A program made the position numbers and the translations under genes. A stretch of DNA of 62,895 nt, filler included, from Choristocarpus tenellus KU-1152 (Eukaryota > Protista > Phaeophyceae), in the NCBI GenBank assembly GCA_964200185.2. It is 11 parts of 11 records of this genome, joined end to end, with 100 filler letters (N's around TTAATTAATTAA, not from the genome) between each part and the next. Parts side by side here need not be neighbours in the genome. Positions count along the whole stretch, not along the records: positions 24,456 to 27,262 come from CAXNAD020024583.1; positions 27,363 to 31,629 come from CAXNAD020015391.1; positions 31,730 to 34,914 come from CAXNAD020021692.1; positions 35,015 to 37,837 come from CAXNAD020024448.1; 7 more parts are not named here. The stretch is one strand, 5' to 3'. The notes under the pieces are model-generated. The model was not told where the DNA came from. It did no database searches and saw nothing but the letters and a program-made list of their open reading frames with translations. Below are positions 25,280-37,837 of the stretch, in pieces; position 1 is the stretch's first letter; each line of letters opens with the position of its first letter.

Positions 25280-27009
25280 AAGGTTTACAATGGTCACACA
25301 GGATAGGTCAGCCTCCACCCTTCCCAGCATAGCCTGGTCCATCCCCACAAGGAATGGGACCGGGGCGTCAAGATAGTGGACTAGGCTTGCTGGAAGAACA
25401 GGGACCAGGGTGTGTGGCCACTCCAACGGAAATAGAAGTCCAAGTAGTGCCTCCGCAGCAGGATTGAGGTCCTCCACCCTCTTGGCGAGGAGCAGCACGC
25501 TTTGTTCCTGCCACCATGATGGTATTATAGTATTATTTTTCCTTTGTATTAAAAGTCTCATATCACACTATCAAAATTGATCTAAATTAACACTAACAAC
25601 CAATGATATCAAGTTCCAAAAAATAGAAAGTACAAAAATAAACAAGTGTACAATTGCCATCAGGTTATCGACAGCACCATTGCTGCAAGGAAACAAAAAA
25701 GGTACAGCACACACGTGCCAGAAAGAGGTACATACATACCCCGAGGTATACAATACCATGAACAGCGGGTGATCAAACAACACTCCCGAGATAATAGGAG
25801 TAGTTCGGAAGTGTGGGTGTACCCAAGGATTGTGAATGTTGACTATAAAGTGCATTACAAAATCACTCGCCAACACCAACTCAATAACGAAAGCAAATCA
25901 CAAGACAGTCTCCCTCTCAGTGGAGGACACCATGCTGTCTTGTCCTCTTACCAGTAACTCACGAGCAGGGACGATGTAGGAAAGGAAGAGGCAGAAGCGA
26001 AGTTTGCCTTACCTTTTTTTTTCTTTCTCATGATGTTAATGGTCGCACACTTTTCTTATCCAATCAATCTCTTATCAATAGTCATTTCAACCAACACAAG
26101 CACCACAGCGGTTTGCTAACATTGTGTACTGAGTTCATAGAAACTTCAACACTGAAACCACAACCTTCAGAGGTACCCCTAAATTCCTAGTTCGAATCAT
26201 GCACAGCATAGTATACAACATAGATTGCACTATGTCTTTCCCACCCCACACACAGTACCTTCTTTCAATACCAAAGGATAAGGATGGACAATCACAAGGG
26301 GGTATACTTGAGTAGGTAAGCGCTTGAACATTGACCGTTTAAAACCGGAGGGCACTAAGCAGAGGGTGTTCTATGCTTGGCGTGATCGCAGCAGGCGGGG
26401 ACGGTAACACATACGAGTTGCCAGGCCAACACAAGAATGTACAGACAAAAAAGGGTATAACCCTCACTGAAAAAAAAGAAAATAACAAAACACTCGAAAA
26501 CACGGGCATAAGCACCTTAAAATGGATCCCAACAATACTCGGCGAAAACATGCAACGTGTGTATTGTAAAACAATGTTTCCTGGGGCTCACGCCCACCTA
26601 CACCTCCCAGGGTGTACATCGTAACTAGATTCAGCAAGTTGCACGGTGACGAGCATCAATACGACATCAATAATCATACCACAATAACGCCTACCACAAT
26701 AATCATACCACAACCAACAACAGGTATCAAGTAACAACAATAATACAAATAAAATAAATCAAGAGAGTCAACACCACTCATCCTATCAGAACCTGCAAGT
26801 CGAGAAATTCATCCGTCTCCCCCCCAAAAAATAAATAAAAAATAAAATAAAATAAATGACCACTGACCTGCAGTAGGCATGCCAATACCATGAGCACCTT
26901 CTGGGGGCTGAGGAATGACATGAGACTCCTCAGGGAAGCTTCCTCAAGGTGAGGAAAGTGACTATGTGGCGCATGCTTATCACCATACTTCAAGACCCGC
27001 CCCAGGACC
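25280..27009 (-). CDS. DENN-domain protein (Rab GEF family), paralogue 1, internal exons
   Basis: Exons 27009-26868 (...LRSLMSFLSPQKVLMVLACLLQ) and 25507-25280 (EQSVLLLAKRVEDLNPAAEALLGLLFPLEWPHTLVPVLPASLVHYLDAPVPFLVG...VTIVNL), phase-0 junction; core DENN signature. Confidence 0.9.
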
Positions 27010-27016
27010 CTGTGAA

Positions 27017-27056
<40 letters not shown>
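27017..27056. repeat. (CAGG)n microsatellite directly upstream of a splice acceptor
   Basis: Reads (CCTG)n on the sense strand of the DENN gene, ending a few nt before the acceptor at 27010. Confidence 0.9.
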
Positions 27057-27421
27057 ACACACAAATGTGGCAAAACAACTTGAGGTGAAAATGGTACAGG
27101 AGGCCCCACACTACGTGAGGTGGATACATCCTCCCTCCGAGTAGATGTGGGATTACCATACATATGTTAGGGTATACTTATCTTTCCTACATAGCAACAA
27201 AGGAAGGGAGAGAGTGAGAAAGCAGGAGGACCCCTACCTACACCACTGAACCGTTTCCCCCCNNNNNNNNNNNNNNNNNNNNNNNNNNNNNNNNNNNNNN
27301 NNNNNNTTAATTAATTAANNNNNNNNNNNNNNNNNNNNNNNNNNNNNNNNNNNNNNNNNNNNTAATAATTAATAATTTATAATAATAATAATAAATCATC
27401 GGCAACCATCATTGCACATGC

Positions 27422-27526
27422 CTATACGTTCAAGACACAATCGAGTGCTTCGGACCTTTTGTGGGAGGGGGGTAGGAGGAGGGGGAGAGGCAGGCATTGC
27501 AAAGGGGTTCGGCACAGATATCGTAA

Positions 27527-27559
<33 letters not shown>

Positions 27560-30500
27560 TAAATAATAAATATAAAAATAATAATGCCACAAAACACAGA
27601 GACACACACACGTAGCATGTGCTCTCACCCTCATCATTGCCCTACTGTGGTAAGTAGCAATTGTGTAGAAGACTCCTGTATAAGAGCAGCCTCTGCAGGG
27701 AGGGTGCCCGTGTATTCCTGTTGTTTCATGGGGTTAAGGGTGACAAACGCCAGGTGGGCACCACCAAGGCTACAACCACTGCACAAGATACAATACTAGT
27801 GCTCTAGCATCACAGATACAAACCCCTCACACCTTTGACTAGATTAAAACAAGTCAATTTCATCACCATAGGTGTGGAGTGGTCTAGTTCATCAGATCTC
27901 AACAGCATACAGACACACAGATAGATAGACAGACGCAGACACAGACACAGACACAGACACACCTAAGACAATCCCTGAGACGCGAGAGCTCTCGCATCAC
28001 CTCGGAAACTTCGGTAGAGGAACGCTCTGCCGCCTGCCTCGCCACACCTAGTTCCTGGATAATTGGGAGAGTATGCGGTGGATGGGGGCAGGTGAGGGGC
28101 AGAGGAGTTGAGCAAGCCTACCATGACTTGAGACTCCTGGTTGCATCATGCAGCCCCTCCTCTACCCATGCCATTTACTCCGTACAAACCTCAGTCCCCC
28201 CCCTCAGTTTACTTCAGTCTATCTCTCGCCTCTATCAACGCCTCTTTCTCCATCAACTCCGCAAGCAAACGCTCCCGCAACTCCTCTCGGCCAGCCTTGT
28301 CCAACGGGGTATTCCTATTGGAATCAGGCGGTGGGGATAAGCAAGGTGACTGTGGCAAACAATGGCATACTACTTCGAAGTAAAATATACTGAGTATATA
28401 TATATATATGTATACTTCAACAAATGAAAGTGGAGAGTAAAGTGCACCATTGTCTCCACTACCAACACAAGAACTGAAAAGATAGTTTATATACGTGGGC
28501 AAATGGAGCGGGTATATGAGTAAGGCATTCAAAGGAAATGAAGGTTGGTGGAAGGAGTGAGGGCTGACATCGGCTGTAGGGGATAGAGGAGGTGGGTATA
28601 TGATTTCCCCCTCCGTGACATTGCACTACTTAGAACAAAGTAAGGGTTGCGGGTTGGTTGGGAAAGGGTCGTCAAAAGGCTAGTGAAAAAAACGTCTCTC
28701 AATCCCCCTGTTCAGCACGGACTAGATTGGTCCTATACAATAATTTGGGCACAGTTGTAGTCCAGACGGAACAAAGACCACACGCCAAAAACACACACAT
28801 CAATTGACTACACTGCTCAACACATACCGCATTACCCTTCTCTTTCACCACTATTACACTTGCTCACATACATTCATTCAGAGTCCTCCAAGCAGAACAA
28901 ACCTCGTTGGGACGCTCTCATGACACTACACACTGAACAAAACAAAGAAGAAACAACAGAAACCACAAAATTGCATCTCAAAAAACAATAACCAATACCC
29001 AATAGTCATTCAAGGGGGGGGTTGCAACCACACCAAGCGCACCAGCAACCGTCCCCTGCCCTGCCCCCCCAAAACCTCATCACTCACCGAACACCTCCAG
29101 GCCTAGACCCAGATCCAATCCCTACCCTTGCCCCCGCCTGGATCCCGAAGCCAACGCCCGTTCTCCTCGGAGAACCAGGAGCATCTCCTCGTTCCCGTGA
29201 ATGCAACGGGGACCCCAATAGTGTTGGTGACCTAAGCCCTGGCTGCAGTTCCCTTCCGAGAACACCTGCTGAAGGAGGGTGAACCTTGACCGGTGATATA
29301 GACCCACCACCCCCTTCCCCCATCGCCATTGCTCCTGGCCTTGATGGTTCAACAAGTGCGGGGTTATCTCCGGTGGTCTCCACTGCTACAGTCAAATCCC
29401 TCCTATGCAAGGGTCCAGCTAAGGCACTCCTAGCCTCTCGCTTGCCACCATAGGTGCTACCGCCACCACCGCCCCTAATATTTGAACTCGAATCCGCCTC
29501 GTTAGTGTTGACCTTGGTGACAGATGCGTTGTTGGGGCCCCCACTGGAAAAGGTGGCGGAGAGCGCCAGGGAGCCCACCGCCTCCGGGTCATCAAGCACT
29601 GAGTTGAAGGTGAGGAAATCTTCTTGAACCTTGGTAAGCTCCTCCAAAAGCCGGGCCTGTTGTCATTTTGGTGGTAAAACAGCAACAGTAGTTTAAGCAC
29701 AGCAGTGATCATCTTGAAGGTTTAGTTTGACAATTGCAAAGGTAGCCGTAGGGTACCCAACACCTTGAACTACAATACGACATGGGATATATACAAATGT
29801 ATATACTCTCTATGTATGGGGTATATAGCTTGAGAGTTGCTGCAACCAAGTTCTTCCGATCGGCAAAGGGTGAACACTGGAGTTGCAAGGATATCAGAAT
29901 GGGTTATTTGATGAGGGTACCAGGAAGATGGCAGGGACGCGACAAGTACTATGAAGTTAAGTTAATGTGTAGCTCTGCTAATACTTTGAAGTATATCCAT
30001 ATACACTCAAATGCAGAAAATATTGCGCTGGAAAAAAATCGTTTAGGTCCAGTCTCAACAGGACGTAAATAACTCCAAGCTTCGAAATCCAATCTCCCAA
30101 CTCCTGCCAAAGCCTTTTTTTTTAAAGCTCTCTGATCGGTAGAACGCCTGCCAGCTATTGACCAGAATCAGAACAATAAATGAGGTGAGCCGTTCACCTC
30201 TTATTTACATAGGTCTTTCTGATCCAAACAACAGTCTGCACACAGATAGATCAGGGGTGGGAGCATCGAACCATCAGCTTTGCACCAATTACAATCCATT
30301 GACCCACTAACAAAAAAAAAGTTTGGCATTCCAGTGCGAAATTGCTCTAGTTTCATAGTTGAATGCCTTCTGCCCCAACAAGAGCGGACCTTGAGGGATG
30401 ATGACAGAACTGCAGCGTCTCAGTTTCCAACCAACACCAATGCCTCTCCGACTGCAGCATCCAGGGCCTAAGAGCCCCGATACCGCCTTCCTATTACAAA

Positions 30501-31629
30501 ACACTCGTAAAACAAAAGCCTGTACAAGTTGAAGAATCCTTGTCCCAGCTGCTAGTAATAGACAACAGGCACCCCCCTATAGTACTTGAAAGCATCGCCG
30601 GAGGCAAGGAGATATGCAAGCGTGAAGAACGGGACACTTGAGTACAGGAACGCGTGAAATGGTGCCTAATAAATGCAAGAGGACACATTGTACGGGAACT
30701 GGACCTGAAATCTCTGTAACAAGCTCAACGCATTGACACATCTAGCCCCAATTTTGATACACATTGTTGTGATTGATGTCTCCTTGGCTTGGCACAGCTT
30801 TCTCCCACAACATATTTGTATCTCAGGTGCTATTTCAAAGTCATACGCATTCGTGGTACTATTAGCCTATTTGGTTCCAAAGAAACGATCCAATGCATGC
30901 ACACGCCTGCTTCAACTCTTCAGCACAATCCAGGTCCGTCCTTTGTAGCATTTGTAGATCTCTCAAAACACACATAAATTGTGCCTAGATTCAGAGTTTG
31001 AATTGTGATGTCTATGATATTGCTCCCACAGTATAAAACTACTGCGTGAACCACCACACCTGGGAGGACTCCACTGCTGCTCCAAGACTTTCCACCTCAC
31101 TCCGAACCCTCTCCAAATTCTCCGAAGGAAGCATTCCTCGAACTCCACCTACTGTACCAATCCTAACACCCTCTCCTTCACAATTCCTAGACCTAGGAGA
31201 GATTGTGCCCAAGCCAAGCTCGCTGTAACCCCTATTGCCAGGAGGGACTTTGAAGTCGTTGATAGCACCTCTATCAAGTGCTCTGTCAAGCCCACCCATG
31301 TCTAGGTGGTGTTCAGGAGACTCTGTCTGCTCCCACCCCCGAACAGCAGGGGCAACTGGTTTGTACTCACCATGGTAGCTTCTTGTCGAGGGAGTGGGCC
31401 GTTTGTTCGCACCCCTCGCTGTCCCAGTGGTGTCCCTGTTTGACCAACCCCTTCCCCCACCTCTTGTTTCAATATTATCGCCTTTGCTGTGGTCAGACGG
31501 CCGCATCAGGAGTGATTGTTGCAGAAGAGGGGGCTTCTGATCCTCGGGGCTGCTGTGTGGGTGCTGCTGTGCCAGCGTGCCACCAGGGAGGGAGAAGGCA
31601 TGGCTGGGGGGCAGATGGGCACCTTCACC
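27422..31629 (-). CDS. Uncharacterised disordered and coiled-coil protein, 3' part
   Basis: Phase-consistent exons 31629-31060, 29656-29088, 28314-28230 (GC donor), 28054-27963, 27455-27422. They give ...LERVRSEVESLGAAVESSQ|ARLLEELTKVQEDF...REELRERLLAELMEKEALIE|ELGVARQAAERSSTEVSEVMRELSRLRDCL. Family not recognised; last exon tentative. Confidence 0.72.
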
Positions 31630-31729
31630 NNNNNNNNNNNNNNNNNNNNNNNNNNNNNNNNNNNNNNNNNNNNTTAATTAATTAANNNNNNNNNNNNNNN
31701 NNNNNNNNNNNNNNNNNNNNNNNNNNNNN

Positions 31730-31769
<40 letters not shown>

Positions 31770-32249
31770 GGAGAAGGAAGGTGCACCCAAATGAACGAAA
31801 ATTGCCCTTACATATCACATTTTCGCTCTAATGACAGGAAAATCAGTACGAGGTCACAGAGACTCCGAATGGATACCTGATCCCCTTCTAGGATACTACA
31901 AGCTAGAGGTCTATTCATGTCTATCGGCGCCAGTACAAGGGTTATTATAGAGTTTGAAGTGAAAACTATATCCTCGAAAAGATCTTCAAGTACAACACCC
32001 AAGCTGAATACCGAAGGGGACTTGGTAGGAGTCTATCTGGGACAAGAAGCCGCAACACTACTGCTCAAAGAGAGGAGATAAAATTGTGGTGCTATAGGAT
32101 GGGACCACATGAACTTCAACCAATGCAGGTCACTCTGGGTATAAGGTACGGCAAGATGCACAATGATTACAGAAGAACAGTTGAAAGGAGGACAAGAAGT
32201 TTGAGGGGGTAGGGTACACACTACCATGGAACCAAACCAACTGAAATTT

Positions 32250-32445
32250 AGGTAGGATTGCATATTATGGATCCAGAGGAAAGGGAAACATGATGCTATT
32301 TTATACAACCTTTGCTTAATTGTGGTGTCATTTTGTGTGTAGAAAGGGAGAGTATCGATTTTGTGTACACTATTGTGCACATTATGGAATCAGGGTAAGA
32401 AATATGGCTTACAATACAGAAGGATCTAAACCTGCCTACCTCTCA
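32250..32445 (+). repeat. Dispersed repeat, second copy at about 44460-44685
   Basis: Shared blocks TTGCTTAATTGTGGTGTCA, GAAAGGGAGAGTAT, AGGGTAAGAAA, CAGAAGG and TGCCTAC occur in the same order on two contigs. Confidence 0.8.
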
Positions 32446-32819
32446 GTTGGTAGGCAACATCAATGAAACGAGTTTGCTACACTGAACCAATGGGGCCAAT
32501 CTTCCAAACAACGTCTCTCCCCCCCTCAATACTATCCTTCCACTTCATCCAGAGTACCAATTACTTTGAAGTATAATTCATCTTGACTTTACCCGTGAGA
32601 TCTGAATGCCTGAAGTGTAAACCTACAATGCTAACCTTGACAAAGTACCCCTGGTGGAATGTGCATTCTGCCCTGAATAATCTTGAGGTTATGTTGCCTG
32701 CTGGATCCAGCTGGAGTTTCGTGAAGGATGTTGGGAAGAAAAATTAGATATGAGTGTCGAAATTAGAGGTCAGGGATAATGGATGTGGGGCAGAGAGAAG
32801 GTGCTACTTGTCGTTTCAG

Positions 32820-33513
32820 ATGTACCATGGGCAAGGGATGCACTCAATGCTGTGGACATTGGAAGTACATGCAGTGGAAGGGAGGATTTGAGTCAGGTGG
32901 AATGCTTCTGTCTAGTCCTTGCAGGGTTTGTTCCTATTTGGACCAAAAATGTACAAATATCGTTCTGTTTCAAACTACTCTGTGGCGTATAGAGAGCGTT
33001 GCCTAAGAAGAGCACATTTCAGTTTACTTCAATAAGCTGAGGAACGATAGTATGCTCTTGTAATCTACATAGGAATGTAATCTACATAGTACATACACCG
33101 TAACTGGACGATAAACACCCCACTGAGACATTGCGCCTTTGTACTGATCCAGACTGTATCTACCCAACATAACTAAAATGACTCCTTTCGGGGCTTAGAA
33201 ACAGGCAGCTACGATAGCTGAGAATGCCACAATCGGTATAGTTTTCTACATAGATGAGGGTGAAATGTATAATTGGATAATGTCAACAAGCAAGCTGCAA
33301 TAGCACAACAAAAATGGTACCAGTTCAGGTGAGAGTGAAAGCACTGGGGAAGGAACGACAATGTCACTATTAAATTTCCCCTGCTTAACACACCTTGTCA
33401 AGGAGAGGGTTGGCGTACTGTGGCAGACTGGCAGTGAAAATAATGACCTCATAAAGTCTTGCAACCTGTCTGAGAAACTCGTCTACACCTGGACGTTTCA
33501 AGACAAAGACCTG
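32820..33513 (+). CDS. Possible exons of an unidentified gene
   Basis: AG/GT-bounded, phase-compatible segments 32820-32896 ([25 protein letters not shown]) and 33403-33513 ([37 protein letters not shown]); no recognised domain. Confidence 0.25.
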
Positions 33514-34694
33514 GTAAAACGCAATTTCATGAGATCCAATGGTGGAATACACGATCAGGGTAGGAGCATGTCAGGAACAATGGAGTAGGATAGGTGGAAG
33601 GTGTTATTCGCGAGTGCTATTTTGATAAGCTGTCAGGAGTGCTGAGCATCACACCGTACATTCCAGTATGAATTTGCTCCACTGCTACTAATATTGTGAG
33701 ACTCTGGGTGGGAAATATCATCTAGGGGTATCAATTAGGTTGTATGTGGGGATGAGCGTGGGTGGGGTCTTCCCAACTGAGAACGACCAAATATTGGATG
33801 GGTTTCCTGCATAGGATGCTTGGGGAAAGGGAAGGCTGAGGTCATCTCAGCTGAAACAAACTAAATATTGGAAGAAATTTCTAATAAAAGATGGTGAGGA
33901 GGAGGGCAGGTTGGGGCCTTTCTGACTAGGAGTATCCACAAACATTAAGTAGTTTGCTACAGAAAATGTTGAGAGATGGCTACCTTCGGTTTCTACCCGC
34001 ACTGTGCACTGGGGACATGTCACATGGTATACAGTCCTTCTAGGGAGTATCTTCTGTTGATGGCACTATTGCGGTCCAGTCTCGAATCCTGAATCTCACC
34101 ACAACTCAGAAGTTGCCTGCAATGCAGAGTCACAACTCATTTGCTGTAATTTACATGGGTGTTCTAATGCTGTCTTTGTGGTTCCGCGAAATGGGGACTT
34201 GCACATCCTTGTGTCGTGCGAGAATATGACTATCTACTCTCTATACAGATTTGCTGTCGTCCGGATTTTACTTAGCATTAGGTCTTGGGATACGTCTATT
34301 GTTGCACTTAGGTTTTTTTTATTGTTGTGGATAGTTTGCCTTATGTATTTCACTTCGAAATATAGGTTTTAGGGTCAGGTAAAAGGTATGGGTGTTTGGA
34401 TCAGAGGAAATGTTGTTGGTTAAAAGGAGGATTGCATGTGAGAAGAGGCACTACCCCCCTCATGGTCATACTTCAAGTGCATATGTAGAGTGCAGAGTAG
34501 GAAGGTCAATGCAATTGATTTAGGGCTTTAGCTGATTTGGAGGGAACCTTGGCCATCCCCTTAAGGGTGTTGAGAAGTTTGATACGGTTGGAAGCACTGT
34601 AGACTAGGAAGGAGGCAATAAACAGAGTAGAAAAGTGTATACCAGTTGACACGAGAGTCCTAACTGGAAAGACCTCTAAAGTAGTTGGAAAACA

Positions 34695-34872
34695 GGTTCA
34701 AGGTATCTGGGGGGGGTGGCAGCTGTCCGTTTGGAGTCGATATTTTCATGTCGTGATCTTTGGGTGATTTGGTTGCATACATCGGATAGATAATGTAAGT
34801 GCACTTTTCCTGGTTTTGGTCCAAATGGACACCCTGATGTAGACCGCCCCCGCCCCCCAGATAATTTGGGTC
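34695..34872. mobile_element. MITE family B, full-length diverged copy (178 bp, reverse orientation, apparent 3-bp TSD ACA)
   Basis: Left GGTTCAAGGTATCTGGGGGG, right CCCCCCAGATAATTTGGGTC; ACA at 34692-34694 and 34873-34875. Confidence 0.8.
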
Positions 34873-35014
34873 ACAACTGCAATATTGTAGCTCATGGGAT
34901 TGTTTTTACCACAANNNNNNNNNNNNNNNNNNNNNNNNNNNNNNNNNNNNNNNNNNNNTTAATTAATTAANNNNNNNNNNNNNNNNNNNNNNNNNNNNNN
35001 NNNNNNNNNNNNNN

Positions 35015-36097
35015 GTAGTGCGACCGACACAGACACGTTCTGACTTGTCTGCTGACGTGCGCAATAGATAATGAGGCAGAGCACCACGCACCTCGAGGGA
35101 TGGTGCTCTCACTCCGCTAATAAATTCATCCATACCACATATGCAAAAACTCTATTCGAACAGCTCTATTTTGCACAGCTGATGCAGGAAGAGTGACATA
35201 GTAGTTAGTAGTGACGCAGAAAGACTGACACAGACATGTTCTCATGTGTCTGCTGACATATGCAATAGATAGCGAGACAGATCACCCCTCACCTCGAGGG
35301 ATGGTCCCACCTCCAGGGATGATGCTCATTTCGCTAATAATTTCGTTCATACTAAATAAAGCAAAAAAAATCGAACAGCTCTTTTTTTTGAAGGTTATTA
35401 GCCTCACAGGTATGGATGCGAACTCACGTAAGCTTCCACTATTGAGTGGCGTGTGTGGGCATACAAGGGAGATGTGGGCGGAGTGGCAGATGGTGCTGGT
35501 GAGCTGTGCGGGCGACAAGGGACTGTACCGCATCCTCCAACCAGCATACCACATCCCTGCACCTCCTACGCCTGATACATCGTTTGGGGAACGCAACGCG
35601 TACTAGGAGTACGACGTCAAGCATCACGAGACCTTTTGTGGTTCCTGCTGGGGCAGGCCACGAAGGGGGCAGCAGCGATGGTCTTCAGCACCCACAAAAT
35701 AACGACAGCCCCGATGGGATGACTGCCTGACTCGAGTTGGAGAAGATCTATGGGGAGCGCGCTACGGTGCAGCGGCCCATGCAGCTCTCAAAGCTCTCGA
35801 GATGAAGCTACGCCACATGCAATGCTCGTCGGTGGAGGACGTTGCCGACTTCATCATTCGTCTCCATCACGTCTGGACAGAGTACGAGCAACTGGAGGCG
35901 GCCAAGGAGGACCACGCCAAGAACCGGGGCTCTGATCATCTACAATAGGGACAGCATGCCACAGGTGTTTGTACTGCTATCCACAGCTCCAGACCTCACC
36001 TACAACCAACTCAGAAACGCCATCATCTCCTCCTCTTCATGCATACGACGGAGGTCACAGGGGAAATGACTAGGAGCTCGGGGGCTATGGCGCTCCA
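35015..36097 (+). mobile_element. Ty1/copia relic copy 1: LTR 3' part (internally duplicated) and pseudogenised gag
   Basis: LTR-like block ends CCTCACA at 35408. ATG at 35412 gives MDANSRKLPLLSG...WAEWQMVLVSCAGDKGLYRIL, later LELEKIYG...QLSKLSR/LEMKLRHMQCSSVEDVADFIIRLHHVWTEYEQL, with stops and frameshifts. Confidence 0.75.
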
Positions 36098-36457
36098 TGT
36101 ATAAAATAGGACAATTGTGAGGTATACCATATTTGATATTGACTTAGGAAGCACAAGTAATAATAAAACAATGAGAAGACACCCCACAAAGGTCACCCTT
36201 CTAATTTCAACCATGTAATCACGTTCAGCAATGGGGAACCGTGTGAGACTTCACACCTTCTTGTCTTCACTATTTATAAATAACATACCTCCCAAGGTAA
36301 ATTACACAGGTTAAGCCTTAGTAGTATGGAGAAAAGGAGCAGATGGGCCTCAACGACATGAAGAAGTTACGCAACTGGACTGAAGCACCAGCACGACCAA
36401 GTGGAGACTTAGACAATATGGAGATCATCTCTGGTGGTTTATGCCAGCGAAAGAGTC

Positions 36458-37837
36458 TGTAAGACATTGTGCGGCGAAAATAAGACGTCCTGAACTCACG
36501 GAGACACGAACGGAACAGGAACGAATATTGCGCTGGAACTACGAAAGAGGAATCAATGAAGGATGCTTGGAGGACAAGATTCCTGTGCAGCTCAACAAAG
36601 GACGCACAGAGGACGAGATCCCCATGCAGCTCAACAGAGGATAGGTAGAGGACTAGATCCCTGTGCAATATAGGCTGGTAGTCAATAGGTTTGTTATGAG
36701 GAGCTTAATTGTCAACCACTTGTTTCCATACGCCCAGAATAATAGGTTCGAATCTCGATGGGTTGATTTCTTATTGCTTAATCCGCAGGAGGACTGACGT
36801 AGTACTAGTGACGCAGATCGAGTGACATAGTGCGACTGACATAGACACGTTCTCATATGTCTGCTGACATGCGCAATAGATAACGAGGTAGAGCACCCCC
36901 ATTTCAAGGAATTGTGCTCACTCCGCTATAATACATTCATTTATTCTAACTCTATTCCAACAGCTCCTTTTTGTACATGGTATGAACCTCACAGGTATGG
37001 AAGCGGACCCACGTAAGCTGCCACTATAGAGTGACGCGCGTGGGCATACAAGGGAGAAGTTGGCGGAATTGCGGATGGCGTTGGTGAGCTGTGCGGGCGG
37101 CAAGGGACCGCACCACATCCCTGCACCTCCTACGGCTGATACATCGTTTGGGGAACGCAACGCGTATTAGGAGTACACGCCAAGCATCGTGAGACCTTAT
37201 GGTTCCTGCTGGGGCAGGCCACGAAGGGGGCAGCAGTGATGGTGGTCAGCACCCACAAAATAACGGTAGCCCCGACCGGGGGGCAGCCTGGCTTGAGTTG
37301 AAGATCTATGGGGGGCAGCCTGCGGTACAGCGGCTCATGCAGCTCAAAGCTCTCGAGATGAAGCTACGCCACATGCACTGCTCGTCGGTGGAGGACGCTG
37401 ACAACTTCATCATTCGTCTCCATCACGTCTGGACAGAGTACGAACAGCAGGAGGCGGCCAAGGAGGACCAGGCCAAGAAGGGGGGCTCTGATCATCTGCA
37501 ACAGGGACAGCATGCCACAGGTGTTTGTACAGCTATCCACAGCTCCAGACCTCACCTACGACCAACTCAGAAACACCATCATCTCCTCCTCTTCATACAT
37601 GACCACGGAGGTCAGGGGGAAACGACTAGGAACTCGGGGGCTATGGCGCTCCACACAGGTCCAGGGACACCGACAGGGAGACAGGGGTCCGGGAGCGGCT
37701 TCGGTTAGAACCAATGTGCGTTTTATCTCAAATTTAGCCACAGATGGAAAGAATGCCCACTCGTACTTGGCTGGCAAACCTCCTGCTAAGCGCCCCTACA
37801 GGCTTGGGGCGGCGCGCGAGTTGCCACCACCACCAAC
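36458..37837 (+). mobile_element. Ty1/copia relic copy 2: putative LTR (about 36458-36993) and pseudogenised gag with decayed zinc knuckle
   Basis: Alignable to copy 1; CCTCACA|GGTATG at 36993; AWLEL-KIYG...QRLMQLKALEMKLRHMHCSSVED; CAFYLKFSHRWKEC is a CX2CX4HX4C knuckle with C-to-Y. The LTR start is a guess. Confidence 0.8.

Noticed and set aside
32755-32790. KLEVRDNGCG resembling the GHKL/MutL DNGxG motif
   Set aside because: Stops lie immediately upstream and there is no ExxxN box or splice context; probably chance.
36735-36765. GGTTCGAATC suggesting a tRNA
   Set aside because: No cloverleaf stems; it lies within the putative copia LTR.
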